Position numbers and translations under genes: made by a program
Source: an uncultured Bacilli bacterium
Lineage (GTDB): Bacteria > Bacillota_I > Bacilli_A > RF39 > UBA660
Direction of reading: 5' to 3'
DNA: 56,008 nt
NCBI GenBank assembly: GCA_947623625.1
Contig: CANQHD010000002.1
Location: 1-56,008 of the forward strand
Notes under the pieces: generated by a model
Seen by the model: the letters and a program-made list of their open reading frames with translations, nothing else
Told to the model about the DNA's origin: nothing
The model's database searches: none
Part shown: positions 9,234-20,579 of the stretch, in pieces
Layout: every line of letters starts with the position of its first letter
Position numbering within the stretch: position 1 is the first letter of the stretch

Positions 9234-10986
9234 AAAAGGGGCTGTAATGAAATGAAATAATTTCATTGAGCCCTTTTTTGTTTTGGAAAAGGGAATTTTT
9301 CCTCTTTTAAATTAGGTGGAATATTCCAGTAATTACTTTTTATTTTTTTGCCATCTAATGAAGAAAAATATTTTCTTATATTAGCTCCTAAACACATAAG
9401 CATAATTTCACAAGATACTTTCTCTAAACCTCGTCTTCTTATTCTTGTGTATTGCATATTTTGTTTTATTTGTCCAAAAGTACCTTCTACTTGAATACTT
9501 CTGTTTATTCTTATTTCTATTCCTTTAGGGCTTTGTAAATTTTTTCTAGCTTCTTCTTTTAATAATTCATATTCTGGTATCAATTCATATAATCTATAAT
9601 CGTAATTTTTGTTTTTTAGATTTTTCTTACAGATATAAGAATAATTACAACTACTACAGCCTACAAATTTGTACAACTTACTATTTTTATGTCTTGGATG
9701 CCTGATACCATAAAATGATACCTCTTCTCCAATACAAGTGTTTAGACACATAACTCCATCATCAAAAGTATAAAATAATTGTGGTTTTTTTCCATCTGCT
9801 TCCCCACTCCATGTAGAATTTTTAACATAATTTTTTATATTGTGCTCTTTCATATATTGGTAATTTTCATACATTCCATATCCTGAATCTGCACATTCAT
9901 TTTTAGGATATTCTTCATAATATTTATAATATAAGTCATTCATTGGGATAAAAGTATGATAATCATTTCTATCTTGAAACACTCCATACATTGTTATTAT
10001 TCCGCTTGATACCATTACTTGTATATTATATCCAGCATGAAAATCATGACTGGTTTTTGAATAATAATCTTTCTTTAATACCATGGCTGTGGCATCTTTA
10101 TCTGTTTTGTAATAAGAATTCCTATTTTCACCACATATTGCTTCTTTTTCTTCATATTCTAATAATTTAATTAGATATTGACAAGCTGATTTATAGTTTT
10201 TTTGTTCTTTAGTTAATCGTTTACCTTTACCAATGGGAATAGAATTAATATCTATATTTTCTTTTACAACATATTCTTTTATGAATTCATTAAATTGAAA
10301 TGATTTAATCAAAGTTTTATTTTTAAATTCTATATTCATTTTTAATAATAATTCTTTAATTTTTGTGTCCAATTTTTTATGATAAGTTGTCGGTTTCCAT
10401 ACAAATTTATACTTATTAGCATTTGCTTCTATTTTAGTCCCATCATTATACTGGGTATCTATATCAATATTAAGTTCTTCTATAATTGCCTTTGTAATAC
10501 TAGTAAATATTTCATATTGATATGGTAAAATATACTTATTAATACAATCTTTTATTACATTATGACTTGGCTGTTCTTGTTCCATTAAATAAATAACTCT
10601 TAAATCAAATTGGCATAAATATTCTATTTCTCGTAAACTACCCTTAAATTTTGAAAAACAATAAATAATAGTTGCCACCAAATTAAATGGATTATATCCT
10701 TTTCTTCCTACTTTTCTTTGAACTTTTTTTATTATAGATCCTATTTCAGATTTATTCAAAATTTTAAGAAATTTATCAATTTTATCAAATTCCTCACAAC
10801 ATTTATTTGAGGGGACTATGAAAATTGGTCTTTTTGTGTTAAAATATTCCATGTGATACAACTTCTTTCAACAATTAAATTGTATCACAAAACTGCCTTG
10901 AAGTCTTACGATTTCAAGGCTTTTATAATTTTAGAAAAAAAGAAAAGAACTGAATGAATTTATTTTATTTCATTACAGCCCCTTTT
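9234..10986 (-). mobile_element. IS1182-family insertion sequence, about 1.75 kb
   Basis: Terminal inverted repeats AAAAGGGGCTGTAATGAAAT... at 9234-9270 and 10950-10986 match at about 34 of 37 positions by hand alignment. They enclose a single DDE transposase ORF. No target-site duplication is evident. Confidence 0.75.
9263..10861 (-). CDS. IS1182-family DDE transposase
   Basis: N-terminal GRKGYNPFNL (InsH-N-like), NDGTKIEANANKY, ADSGYG, and C-terminal IQVEGTFGQIKQN..R.RRRGL. The likely true start is ATG at 10850-10852 (MEYFN). Confidence 0.8.
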   Translation of the reverse strand: MYHMEYFNTKRPIFIVPSNKCCEEFDKIDKFLKILNKSEIGSIIKKVQRKVGRKGYNPFNLVATIIYCFSKFKGSLREIEYLCQFDLRVIYLMEQEQPSHNVIKDCINKYILPYQYEIFTSITKAIIEELNIDIDTQYNDGTKIEANANKYKFVWKPTTYHKKLDTKIKELLLKMNIEFKNKTLIKSFQFNEFIKEYVVKENIDINSIPIGKGKRLTKEQKNYKSACQYLIKLLEYEEKEAICGENRNSYYKTDKDATAMVLKKDYYSKTSHDFHAGYNIQVMVSSGIITMYGVFQDRNDYHTFIPMNDLYYKYYEEYPKNECADSGYGMYENYQYMKEHNIKNYVKNSTWSGEADGKKPQLFYTFDDGVMCLNTCIGEEVSFYGIRHPRHKNSKLYKFVGCSSCNYSYICKKNLKNKNYDYRLYELIPEYELLKEEARKNLQSPKGIEIRINRSIQVEGTFGQIKQNMQYTRIRRRGLEKVSCEIMLMCLGANIRKYFSSLDGKKIKSNYWNIPPNLKEEKFPFPKQKRAQ

Positions 10987-11101
10987 TTTATTATCCACAT
11001 CTAGAAAATTTTACTTTTCTGTTATTACCTACCTATTCTTATCAATTTAGTTATCATAATCAAAATATTATAAATCATTATTTGCACAGGTGGCTTTTTA
11101 G

Positions 11102-11440
11102 ATTATAATAAAGCTATTATTATACATTGATGAGCAACTATGCAATAATAGTATCCAATTGTATTATTGTACTAAGTGTAATAAAAGATTTACTGCTACG
11201 ACAAATACAATCTTTGAGAATCATAAAATATCAATAACAGAATGGATTGACTTTCTATTAGATTTGTTTAACTATGGTAGTACAACTTTGATTTCTAAAG
11301 TAAACAAAAACAGTATGAATACTTCAATTATTGGTTACATAAAGTTTTTTTAGTGCTAAGACATTGGCAAAATAGCATAGTACTGAAAGACAATGTTTAA
11401 ATGTTTTATTCAGTAATAAAAAAACATAGATAATTAGTGA
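11102..11440 (+). pseudogene. remnant of an IS1595-family (ISXO2-like) transposase N-terminus
   Basis: YYCTKCNKRFTATTNTIFENHKISITEWIDFL matches the zinc-ribbon/HTH N-terminus pattern (C..C.k.Fs.ttgTif...k.pl..W). It has no proper start, the first Cys pair is lost, the ORF stops at 11353, and similarity seems to continue in another frame (..LKDNV..). Confidence 0.45.
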
Positions 11441-11492
11441 AGAAACTTAAATTAGTTTATTAAAATTCTAGATTTTTAATACCTTATATTAC

Positions 11493-12206
11493 CTATTCAT
11501 CATCTTCTAAAAAAAAGTTAACCATTCTTTCATAATTATCTTGACTATTTAAAAAAGTATCTATTAAATAGCCTTTTTCACCATTTGTTTGATATTCTTT
11601 AATACCTCTTATATAAAAATCTTTATTTCTATCTTCAATAAAAAACGGCATTATATCATTATATAGGCATTCTCTAAACATTATCATTCTTCCTATACGA
11701 CCATTTCCATCTTGAAATGGATGAATACTCTCAAATCGAACATGGAATTCAATAATATCTTCTAAAGTTTTTTTAGTTATTTTATCATACCACTCTAATA
11801 AATCATTCATATCATTTGCTACATTACTTGGCAAAGATGTTACAAAATTTCCAACAAAATTTTTTTTCTTTTTATATTCTCCAACATTAAACCATTCTTT
11901 TTCACTATCAGTTAAGGTTCCATCCTTTAAAATGAAATGGAATTTCTTTATCATATCACAAGAGAGTTTATCATCAATAGTATCTAGCATATATTTAAAT
12001 AAAGTAAAATGATTTTTTGTTTCCATGGCATCTTTTAATACGATAACTTTATCACTACTTGTTAGAATTGTTCCTGTATCATAAATGCTTGCTGTTTCAT
12101 CAGGTGTTATTGTGGAACCTTCTATGTAATTCGTATTATATGCAAAATCTAACTGAGTTTTATGATATAGATTACCAGACAAATTCATATTTTTTTGTTC
12201 TACCAA
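11493..12206 (-). CDS. Fic family protein (class II, AMPylation-competent motif)
   Basis: Fic motif HPFQDGNGRIGR (HxFx[DE]GNGRxxR) and an N-terminal inhibitory-helix motif TNYIEG ([ST]xxxE[GN]). The start is uncertain; see findings. Confidence 0.85.
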   Translation of the reverse strand: MVEQKNMNLSGNLYHKTQLDFAYNTNYIEGSTITPDETASIYDTGTILTSSDKVIVLKDAMETKNHFTLFKYMLDTIDDKLSCDMIKKFHFILKDGTLTDSEKEWFNVGEYKKKKNFVGNFVTSLPSNVANDMNDLLEWYDKITKKTLEDIIEFHVRFESIHPFQDGNGRIGRMIMFRECLYNDIMPFFIEDRNKDFYIRGIKEYQTNGEKGYLIDTFLNSQDNYERMVNFFLEDDE

Positions 12207-12376
12207 AGCTTTTTTAATTTTACTTATTTCTATGATAATTGCCTCCTCTTCATTAAAGTATTATCTCTTTTTCTATATACAAATTATATCATTTTTCCAT
12301 AATAAAAGCGAGTTATGATAACTTATTTGTCGAAAATAAGTGAACTCGCTACTTAATTATATTATATTTTTTCCTA

Positions 12377-12417
12377 AATTAAAAGACTGTTTTCAAATTG
12401 TACCTTTGTCAACAGTC
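12377..12417 (-). terminator. rpoC terminator
   Basis: On the minus strand, GACTGTT...AACAGTC hairpin followed by TTTTAATTT, just after the rpoC stop. A second long hairpin, AGCGAGTT...AACTCGCT, lies at about 12308-12352. Confidence 0.55.
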
Positions 12418-12433
12418 TGAGTAGGATATTTCC

Positions 12434-15400
12434 CTACTCCATAAATTCATCTTCTAATTTTTCAAGTGGTTCTTCATCAACAAAAGCATTTTCTAATTCA
12501 TAAGATACATCACGATAAATCTTACTACCCGTTCCAGCTGGAATTAATTTACCAAGTAAAACATTTTCTTTTAATCCTTCTAAGTGATCTACTTTTCCTC
12601 GAATAGCTGCATCTGTTAAGATACGAGTTGTCTCTTGGAAAGAAGCTGCAGATAAGAATGAATCTGTCTCTAAGGATGCTTTCGTAATTCCAAGTAAAAC
12701 TGGACGTCCTAATGCTGGCTTTTTACCTTTGATAATGGCATCTTTGTTTCCGTCTGTAAACTCACGGAAGTTAACTAAACTGCCTGGTAAAAATAATGTA
12801 TCTCCACTTTCAACGATACGAATTTTAGAAATCATTCTTCGTGCAATAATTTCGATATGTTTATCAGAAATATCAACACCTTGAGAACGATATGTATTTT
12901 GAACTTCTTTTAAAATGTATTCTTGTGTTGTAATTGGATCTGTTACATCCAACAATTCTTTTGGTGAAATAGCTCCTTCTGTTAATTTATCTCCACAATG
13001 AACCATATCCCCTTGCTCAACACAAAGTTTTGCACCATAATTGGTTGTATGTTCTTTTGTCTCAAGTTTATTGGTAATACTAATTTTAAACTTACCATGG
13101 TCTTCTTTAATCTTAGATACTTTTCCATCAATTTCTGCAATCGTTGCTTTTCCTTTTGGATTTCGTGCTTCAAATAATTCTTGAACACGTGGAAGACCTT
13201 GAGTAATATCCTCACCACCTGCAACTCCACCAGTATGGAAAGTACGCATAGTAAGCTGTGTTCCTGGTTCACCAATAGATTGTGCTGCCATAACTCCAAC
13301 AGCTTCTCCAATTTCAACAAGATTTCCTGTTGCAAGGTTTCTACCATAACACTTTTGACAAACACCGTTAACTGTATTACATGTTAAAATAGTACGGATT
13401 TCTACTTCTTCAATTCCTGCTTTAATAATTTTTTCAGCAAGAGATTCTGTAATCATTTCATCTTTTTCTACAATGACAGCTTTTGTCTCTGGATGAATAA
13501 TTTTTTTGTTTGCAAAACGTCCAACGATACGATCATACAAGCTTTCAATAACAGCGCCTGTTTTATCGTTAATAAAGTCACGAACAACAACACCTTGATC
13601 GGTTTCACAATCTGCTTCTCTTACAATCATATCTTGACTGACATCCACTAAACGTCGTGTTAAATATCCAGAATCGGCTGTTTTTAAAGCAGTATCTGCA
13701 CTTCCTTTACGAGCAGAGTGCGTTGATAAGAAAAATTCTGATACAGATAATCCTTCTTTGAAGTTAGAAAGAACTGGAATTTCAATTGGATCACCATTTG
13801 GCTTCTGCATAAGTCCTCTCATACCAGCAACTTGAGTAAACTGTGAAATACTACCACGTGCTTTTGAGTTCATCATGATGAAAATTGGATTATCTACTTC
13901 TTTTTTAGAGATAATTTCAAGTTCAGCCTGAACTTTGTCTTTAACTCCATACCAAGTATCAATAACTTTTTGATGACGTTCTTCTTCAGTAATTAAACCA
14001 CGTGTATATTGCTTATTGATTTTATTAACCATTGCTTGTCCTTCATCAATAAACTCTTGTTTTTTATCACTGGTTACAACATCACTCATAGCAACTGTGA
14101 TTCCAGCAACTGTTGAATACTTAAATCCTAAGTCTTTTAACTTATCAAGCATACTAGAAGTTTCAGTTGTCTTATAACGTTTAAATACTTGAGCAATGAC
14201 TTTTTCAAGTGTTCCTTTTGCATAAGGCTTTACAAGAGGCATCTCAGCAATTGCTTCTTTAATATTCGTTCCTCTTTCTAAGAAATACTTATTAGGGGTA
14301 ATTTGTTGAATATTCTCATCAGTTGGCTCATTAATATATGGAAATGAGTCTGGTAAAATTTCATTAAATTTAATTTTTCCAACAGTTGTTACTAAGTATT
14401 TTCCATGTTGCTCTTCTGTAAATAATTTATATTTAAATGAATCTACTGGTACTGCGATTCTTGTATGAAGTGTAATTTCACGTCTTTCATAAGCCATCAA
14501 TGCTTCATTGCAGTTTTTAAAGACTCTACCTTCACCAGGAAGTCCTGCTTTTTCCATTGTAATATAATAGTTTCCAAGTACCATATCCTGACTTGGTGTT
14601 ACAATTGGATCTCCTGATTTTGGATGAAGGATATTATTGGATCCTAACATGAGCATTCTAGCTTCTGCTTGAGCTTCTTCTGAGAGTGGGACATGAACAG
14701 CCATCTGGTCTCCATCAAAATCTGCATTAAACGCTGGGCAGACAAGTGGATGTAGACGAATCGCTTTTCCACCAACTAAAATCGGTTCAAATGCTTGAAT
14801 ACCAAGTCTATGAAGTGTTGGGGCACGGTTTAATAAAACTGGATGTTCTTTAATGACTTCTTCAACAACATCCCAAACAACTGGATCTTGATTTTCAATT
14901 AAACGTTTTGCAGCCTTAATATTATGCGCAATATCATGTTTTACAAGTCCGCAAATTACATGAGGCTTAAATAATTCAAGAGCCATTTCTTTTGGAATAC
15001 CACATTGATACATTTTTAAAGATGGACCAACAACGATAACGGAACGTCCTGAATAGTCAACACGTTTTCCAAGTAAGTTTTGACGAAAACGTCCTTGTTT
15101 TCCTTTTAACATACTAGAAATTGATTTAAGAGGACGATTTCCAGCACCTGTGACGCTTCTTCCACGTCTTCCATTATCAAACAATGCATCTACTGCTTCT
15201 TGAAGCATACGCTTTTCATTTTGAATAATAATGCCTGGTGCTCCTAAATCAATGAGTTTCTTTAAACGATTGTTTCGATTAATAACACGACGATATAAAT
15301 CATTTAAATCACTCGTTGCAAAACGTCCACCATCTAGTTGAATCATTGGTCTTAAATCTGGTGGAATAACTGGAATACAATCCATAATCATCCATTCTGG

Positions 15401-16066
15401 TTTATTTCCTGATTTATAAAAGGCATCTAAAACATCTAATCGTTTGATTAAACGTGTTCTTTTTTGTCCAACTGCATTTTCAAGTTCTTTGTTAATCGTA
15501 GCAATTTCTTTTTCTAAATCGACATTTTTTAAAAGCTCTTTAATGGCTTCAGCACCCATTCCAACTTTAAATCCATTTCCATACTTTTCATAGTAAGCAC
15601 GGTATTCTTTTTCGGATAATGTTTGCTTATTCTCTAAAGGAGAATTTCCCTTATCAATAACAACATAACTGACAAAGTAAAGGACTTCTTCCAAGTCTCT
15701 TGGACTCATATCTAAGACAAGTCCCATACGAGATGGTACGCCTTTAAAGAACCAAATGTGAGAAACAGGACTTGCAAGTTCAATATGTCCCATTCTCTCA
15801 CGTCTTACCTTTGATTTTGTAACTTCAACACCGCAACGGTCACAAACAATATTTTTATAACGAACACGCTTATATTTACCACAAGCACATTCAAAATCTT
15901 TTGTTGGACCAAAGATTTTTTCACAATAGAGTCCATCCCGTTCAGGACGAAGTGTACGGTAGTTAATTGTTTCAGGTTTCTTTACTTCACCATAAGACCA
16001 TTCACGTATTTTTTCAGGGGAAGCAATCCCTATTTTAATTGCTTCGAATTTATTTACATCCATCAT
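12434..16066 (-). CDS. rpoC: RNA polymerase beta' subunit
   Basis: 1210 aa with NADFDGDQM and the zinc-binding CxC..C motifs. The ATG overlaps the rpoB TAA (TAATG). Confidence 0.97.
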   Translation of the reverse strand: MMDVNKFEAIKIGIASPEKIREWSYGEVKKPETINYRTLRPERDGLYCEKIFGPTKDFECACGKYKRVRYKNIVCDRCGVEVTKSKVRRERMGHIELASPVSHIWFFKGVPSRMGLVLDMSPRDLEEVLYFVSYVVIDKGNSPLENKQTLSEKEYRAYYEKYGNGFKVGMGAEAIKELLKNVDLEKEIATINKELENAVGQKRTRLIKRLDVLDAFYKSGNKPEWMIMDCIPVIPPDLRPMIQLDGGRFATSDLNDLYRRVINRNNRLKKLIDLGAPGIIIQNEKRMLQEAVDALFDNGRRGRSVTGAGNRPLKSISSMLKGKQGRFRQNLLGKRVDYSGRSVIVVGPSLKMYQCGIPKEMALELFKPHVICGLVKHDIAHNIKAAKRLIENQDPVVWDVVEEVIKEHPVLLNRAPTLHRLGIQAFEPILVGGKAIRLHPLVCPAFNADFDGDQMAVHVPLSEEAQAEARMLMLGSNNILHPKSGDPIVTPSQDMVLGNYYITMEKAGLPGEGRVFKNCNEALMAYERREITLHTRIAVPVDSFKYKLFTEEQHGKYLVTTVGKIKFNEILPDSFPYINEPTDENIQQITPNKYFLERGTNIKEAIAEMPLVKPYAKGTLEKVIAQVFKRYKTTETSSMLDKLKDLGFKYSTVAGITVAMSDVVTSDKKQEFIDEGQAMVNKINKQYTRGLITEEERHQKVIDTWYGVKDKVQAELEIISKKEVDNPIFIMMNSKARGSISQFTQVAGMRGLMQKPNGDPIEIPVLSNFKEGLSVSEFFLSTHSARKGSADTALKTADSGYLTRRLVDVSQDMIVREADCETDQGVVVRDFINDKTGAVIESLYDRIVGRFANKKIIHPETKAVIVEKDEMITESLAEKIIKAGIEEVEIRTILTCNTVNGVCQKCYGRNLATGNLVEIGEAVGVMAAQSIGEPGTQLTMRTFHTGGVAGGEDITQGLPRVQELFEARNPKGKATIAEIDGKVSKIKEDHGKFKISITNKLETKEHTTNYGAKLCVEQGDMVHCGDKLTEGAISPKELLDVTDPITTQEYILKEVQNTYRSQGVDISDKHIEIIARRMISKIRIVESGDTLFLPGSLVNFREFTDGNKDAIIKGKKPALGRPVLLGITKASLETDSFLSAASFQETTRILTDAAIRGKVDHLEGLKENVLLGKLIPAGTGSKIYRDVSYELENAFVDEEPLEKLEDEFME

Positions 16067-19000
16067 TATTCTTCATCCCCCTCTAACATAGACTCATCAA
16101 AATCAAGTGGAAATTCTTCCTCTTCATCAAATTCATCTTCTTCTTCATCTAAATAATCATCTTTTGTTAAGTCACTGCCAAGTGATGCATTCTCAATTTC
16201 TGATTGATCTTTTGATGGAATTGTAACCGGTGTAACTTCTATTTCATTCATATCAATCTTTGCATCATCTTCGTCTTCTTCCATCTGTTTAAGTTCGACT
16301 TCTTCGCCCTTATCATTAATTACTGAAATATCAAGTCCTAAAGCCTGGAATTCTTTCATAAGAACTCTAAATGATTCTGGAACTCCTGCTTGATTGATTT
16401 CTTGTCCTTTAACAATCGCTTCATAAACTTTAACACGACCGATAACGTCATCTGATTTAACAGTTAAAATCTCTTGAAGTGTATGTGCTGCACCATAAGC
16501 ATAAAGTGCCCAAACTTCCATTTCACCAAAACGCTGTCCACCAAACTGAGCTTTTCCTCCAAGTGGTTGTTGCGTTACAAGAGAGTATGGTCCTGTACTT
16601 CTGGCATGTAATTTATCATCAACCATGTGATGAAGTTTAATCATATACATAACACCAACTGCAATACGGTTATCAAATGGTTCTCCTGTTCGTCCGTTAT
16701 AAAGTACTGTCTTTCCATCCGGATCCATTCCAGCTTCTTGCATCATTTCTTCAATATCACTAATATGTGCTCCATCAAAAACTGGAGTTGCAACATGTAC
16801 ACCTAATTTCTTAGCAGCCATTCCCATATGAATTTCTAGAATCTGACCAAGATTCATACGAGATGGTACACCTTGTGGATTTAACATAATATCAACTGGA
16901 GTACCGTCTGGTAAATATGGCATATCTTCTTGTGGAAGGATAAGGGAAATAACACCTTTATTTCCATGACGTCCAGACATTTTATCTCCAACTTGAATTT
17001 TTCTTTTTTGAATAATATAGACACGAATGACTTTAGATACACCTGCTGGAAGCTCATCATTGTCTTTTCTTGAATAGATTTTAATATCGTGAACAATTCC
17101 ATCTCCACCATGTGGAACTCTTAAAGATGTATCACGAACTTCACGTGTTTTTTCTCCAAAGATAGCATGAAGAAGTTTCTCTTCTGATGTGAGTTCTGCC
17201 ATTCCTTTTGGTGTTACTTTACCAACTAAAATGTCTCCTTCTTTTACCTCTGTTCCAATGGTTACAATACCATTTTCATCCAAGTTTTTACGAGCTTCTT
17301 CGCTAACATTTGGAATATCTCTTGTAATTTCTTCTGGTCCAAGTTTTGTCTCACGACATTGCATTTCATAATCTTCCAAATGAAGAGATGTATATTTATC
17401 ATCTTTAACTAAGTTTTCATTTAAAATGACAGCATCTTCGTAGTTATATCCATCAAATGTCATGAAAGCGACGACAACATTTTTACCAAGAGCTAGTTCT
17501 CCTTTATCTGTACTATTTCCATCTGCCAAAATAGTTTCATTTGCAACAACTTTGTCTCCCACTTTAACAATTGGTCTTTGATGATTACAAATACCTGAGT
17601 TTGCTAATTCAAAATTGGCAAGATAATATGTATCTTTTCCACCTTTATTTTTTACAATTATCTTTTTAGCATCAACATATTCTACAATACCATCTGCTTT
17701 AGCAACAATTTCAACACCAGAATCTTTTGCTGCAATAAATTCAACACCGGTTCCAACAAATGGTGCTTCTGTTTTTAAAAGTGGCATGGCTTGACGCTGC
17801 ATGTTGGCTCCCATTAGGGCACGAGTTGCATCATCATGCTCAAGGAATGGAATACAACTTGTTGTAATAGATACAACTTGTTGTGGACTTACGTCAATAT
17901 AATCAACTTGTTCTGGTTTTGCAAGAATATTCTCACCACGGAATCTTGCATTAACAAGATCTTGAGTAATTTTATTATCATCATCTGTGTCTACAGTAGA
18001 CTGTGAAATGATAAAATCCAGTTCTTCATCTGCAGTTAAATACTCTACTTCATCTGTAATTTTAGAATCAACTACTTTACGATATGGAGTCATGATAAAT
18101 CCATATTCATCAATTTTTGCATAACTTGCAAGGGATGTAATCAATCCAATATTAGGTCCTTCTGGAGATTCAATCGGACAAATACGACCATAATGAGATG
18201 TATTAACATCACGAACTTCAACTCCAGCACGATCCCTTGAAAGTCCTCCTGGTCCTAATGCAGATAAACGTCTTTTATTTGTAAGCTCAGCAATAGGGTT
18301 CGTTTGATCCATAAACTGTGATAGCTGACTGCTTCCAAAAAATTCTTTCATAGCAGCAGTAACAGGTCGAATATTAATTAATGTTTTTGGCGTAACTTCT
18401 TCCATCTCTTGAGTTGTCATTCTCTCACGAATAACACGTTCCATTCTTGAGACACCAATACGGAATTGATTTTGTAAAAGTTCTCCTACTTGACGAATTC
18501 GTCTATTTCCTAAGTGATCGATTTCATCAAAATTTCCAACACCATGGAGTAAATTTAAGTAGTAAGAAACAGAAGCATAAACATCACTGATCGTTAATCT
18601 TTTTACGTCGATTGTTGGATCATTTCCAATTACTGCAATCTTCTTTTTCTTATCTTTAGGATCTTGAATCATCACTTGTTGAACACGATTATAAGTATCT
18701 AACTCTTCATTAATAGGAAGTTCTTTCATTCCATAACCATTACTAAATACGACGCGTAATTTTTCTAATAAATCTTTAGTAACAACCGTTCCTTTTTCTG
18801 CAATCATTTCATCATCTACTTTAATATCTTCTGCTAAAGTTTGATTCAATAATCGATCACAAACATTTAGTTTACGATTAAACTTATAACGTCCAACGCG
18901 TGCTAAATCATAACGAAATTCATCAAAAAATCTTGTAATAATTTGGTTCTTTGATGAATCTAATGTCGCAGGCTCACCTGGTCGCAATTTTTCATAAATT

Positions 19001-19713
19001 TCGATTAAAGCCTCATCTGTATTCTTTGTACTATCTTTTGCAATAGTATTTTCTAAATAATCATCAACGCCAAAAACTTTTTTAATGTCATCATCACTTG
19101 AAAGTCCAAAAGCACGAAGTAGTGTTGTGAGTGCTACTTTTCTTGTTCGATCAATTCGAACATACATCACATCTCTTGCATCTGTTTCATATTCAAGCCA
19201 AGTTCCTCGAGTTGGTATAATTTGAGAAGTAATCAATTCACGACCATTTTTATCAATTTCATGATTAAAATAAACACTTGGAGAACGAACAAGTTGTGAG
19301 ACAATAACACGTTCTGCACCATTAATAACAAAGGTTCCACTATCTGTCATAATCGGCATATCACCCATGAAAATCTCTTGTTCTTTAACCTCTCCTGTTT
19401 CACGATTAAAAAGACGCACTTCTACTTTTAAAGGTGCTGAAAAAGTTGTTTCCCTATCCTTGCTTTCTTTAATAGAATATCTTGGTTCATCAAAATGATA
19501 ATCTCCAAATTCTAAGGAAAGTGTTCCAGAAAAATTTTCTACAGGAAATAAGTCTTCAAATACTTCCTTAATTCCAGTTGTAATGAACCAGTCATAAGAC
19601 TTTTTTTGAATCTCTAATAAGTCTTTTAGTTCATACGTATTTTTAATTTTTGAAAAATTTCTTCTTTGTCGATGAGCTCCACAATCTACGATTTTATATG
19701 CCACAAAATTCAC
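16066..19713 (-). CDS. rpoB: RNA polymerase beta subunit
   Basis: 1215 aa with [16 protein letters not shown] and the conserved C-terminal regions. The likely real start is the second GTG (19702-19704), 6 nt after GGGGTG. Confidence 0.97.
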   Translation of the reverse strand: MNFVAYKIVDCGAHRQRRNFSKIKNTYELKDLLEIQKKSYDWFITTGIKEVFEDLFPVENFSGTLSLEFGDYHFDEPRYSIKESKDRETTFSAPLKVEVRLFNRETGEVKEQEIFMGDMPIMTDSGTFVINGAERVIVSQLVRSPSVYFNHEIDKNGRELITSQIIPTRGTWLEYETDARDVMYVRIDRTRKVALTTLLRAFGLSSDDDIKKVFGVDDYLENTIAKDSTKNTDEALIEIYEKLRPGEPATLDSSKNQIITRFFDEFRYDLARVGRYKFNRKLNVCDRLLNQTLAEDIKVDDEMIAEKGTVVTKDLLEKLRVVFSNGYGMKELPINEELDTYNRVQQVMIQDPKDKKKKIAVIGNDPTIDVKRLTISDVYASVSYYLNLLHGVGNFDEIDHLGNRRIRQVGELLQNQFRIGVSRMERVIRERMTTQEMEEVTPKTLINIRPVTAAMKEFFGSSQLSQFMDQTNPIAELTNKRRLSALGPGGLSRDRAGVEVRDVNTSHYGRICPIESPEGPNIGLITSLASYAKIDEYGFIMTPYRKVVDSKITDEVEYLTADEELDFIISQSTVDTDDDNKITQDLVNARFRGENILAKPEQVDYIDVSPQQVVSITTSCIPFLEHDDATRALMGANMQRQAMPLLKTEAPFVGTGVEFIAAKDSGVEIVAKADGIVEYVDAKKIIVKNKGGKDTYYLANFELANSGICNHQRPIVKVGDKVVANETILADGNSTDKGELALGKNVVVAFMTFDGYNYEDAVILNENLVKDDKYTSLHLEDYEMQCRETKLGPEEITRDIPNVSEEARKNLDENGIVTIGTEVKEGDILVGKVTPKGMAELTSEEKLLHAIFGEKTREVRDTSLRVPHGGDGIVHDIKIYSRKDNDELPAGVSKVIRVYIIQKRKIQVGDKMSGRHGNKGVISLILPQEDMPYLPDGTPVDIMLNPQGVPSRMNLGQILEIHMGMAAKKLGVHVATPVFDGAHISDIEEMMQEAGMDPDGKTVLYNGRTGEPFDNRIAVGVMYMIKLHHMVDDKLHARSTGPYSLVTQQPLGGKAQFGGQRFGEMEVWALYAYGAAHTLQEILTVKSDDVIGRVKVYEAIVKGQEINQAGVPESFRVLMKEFQALGLDISVINDKGEEVELKQMEEDEDDAKIDMNEIEVTPVTIPSKDQSEIENASLGSDLTKDDYLDEEEDEFDEEEEFPLDFDESMLEGDEE

Positions 19714-19802
19714 CCCTATACATAAATTTTCGCTTCTTAATATTTCTAAAAATAATACGTTGCCAATTTATATTATTAACATAAAAGTATCAACAAGTCA
19801 AT

Positions 19803-20390
19803 TTAAATTTTACATTTCACTATAAAAAAGCCTTTTTTTCTTTCTATGATAGTGACATTATATATTTTTTTCATGTCGGAAATTACCGATTTTGCTCCCT
19901 GTTCTTTGCGAATAACAAAATAAAGTGTTCCATCCAATTCTAAATATTCTTTTGCTTTTGTTAAAATTTCATAAACAACTTTTTTTCCCGCTCGAATAGG
20001 TGGATTCGTTAAAATAAGTGGATATTTTCTAGATACATTTTGATAACAATTACTCTCAAATATTTCTAAACCCTGACAGTCATTTTCTTTACAATTTCTT
20101 TTTGCAAGATGTAAAGCTCTTAAATTAACATCCAGTAAATCACCCGTTAATTGATATATTTTGTTAACTGCAATTCCCAAGATGCCAGATCCACAACCAA
20201 CATCTAAAAAAGGCGACTTTAAATCTTCTTGTTCTAGGCTTTCTAGCAATAACTTGCTCCCAAAATCAAGTCCTTTTTTCGCAAAAACACCATTATCTGT
20301 AAACAATATAAATGACTTTCCTAACACTTCCGCTTTTGTTTTTTGAATTTCACTCTTTAGATTTGAATCATTTTCAAAATATTGACTCAT
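19803..20390 (-). CDS. class I SAM-dependent methyltransferase, RsmC/YbxB-like
   Basis: LDVGCGSGILG and LTNPPIRAGK motifs. It occupies the position of B. subtilis ybxB, between rplL and rpoB. Confidence 0.75.
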   Translation of the reverse strand: MSQYFENDSNLKSEIQKTKAEVLGKSFILFTDNGVFAKKGLDFGSKLLLESLEQEDLKSPFLDVGCGSGILGIAVNKIYQLTGDLLDVNLRALHLAKRNCKENDCQGLEIFESNCYQNVSRKYPLILTNPPIRAGKKVVYEILTKAKEYLELDGTLYFVIRKEQGAKSVISDMKKIYNVTIIERKKGFFIVKCKI

Positions 20391-20410
20391 TTAATCACTC
20401 CATAAAAAGG

Positions 20411-20448
20411 AAAAAGAGATAACTAAATCTGAATGATAGAGTTATCTC
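20411..20448 (-). terminator. intrinsic terminator/attenuator between rplL and the methyltransferase-rpoBC genes
   Basis: On the minus strand, GAGATAACT-15 nt-AGTTATCTC followed by T5, about 20 nt before the methyltransferase ATG. Confidence 0.5.
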
Positions 20449-20461
20449 CTTTCGTATTTGT

Positions 20462-20490
20462 ATAATACAACAAAATTAACTAATCGTCAA
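20462..20490 (-). promoter_or_regulatory. candidate promoter downstream of rplL
   Basis: On the minus strand: TTGACG, 17 nt, TATTAT. Confidence 0.4.
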
Positions 20491-20579
20491 CAAAATTTTA
20501 TTGATTTTATATAGATTATACAAATTTATGTAAAATGAAAATATCCACAGTTTCCCGTGAATATTTATTGTATTTTGTC

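Noticed and set aside
10991-10999. Isolated DnaA-box 9-mers outside oriC: perfect TTATCCACA at 10991; ATATCCACA at 20541; TTTTCCACA at 44195 in the mnmE-jag spacer; TGTGGAAAA at 55732
   Set aside because: Single 9-mers of this AT-rich type are expected by chance in 56 kb. Only the mnmE-jag location echoes a known B. subtilis DnaA-box cluster, and it has just one box here.
16066-16330. Acidic C-terminal tail of RpoB (...EEDEDDAK...[13 protein letters not shown]...EGDEE)
   Set aside because: B. subtilis and other Firmicute RpoB proteins also end in an acidic tail, so this is not clearly unusual.
19396-19404. parS search. The only exact half-site seen by eye is TGTTTCACG, inside rpoB. Weak parS/NBS-like hybrids occur at 20551-20566 (AGTTTCCCGTGAATAT) and at about 37586-37602, inside parB.
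   Set aside because: None is a full palindrome matching TGTTNCACGTGAAACA. I found no canonical parS in the window, but a search by eye is not exhaustive. A pattern scan allowing 2 mismatches should be run before any conclusion.
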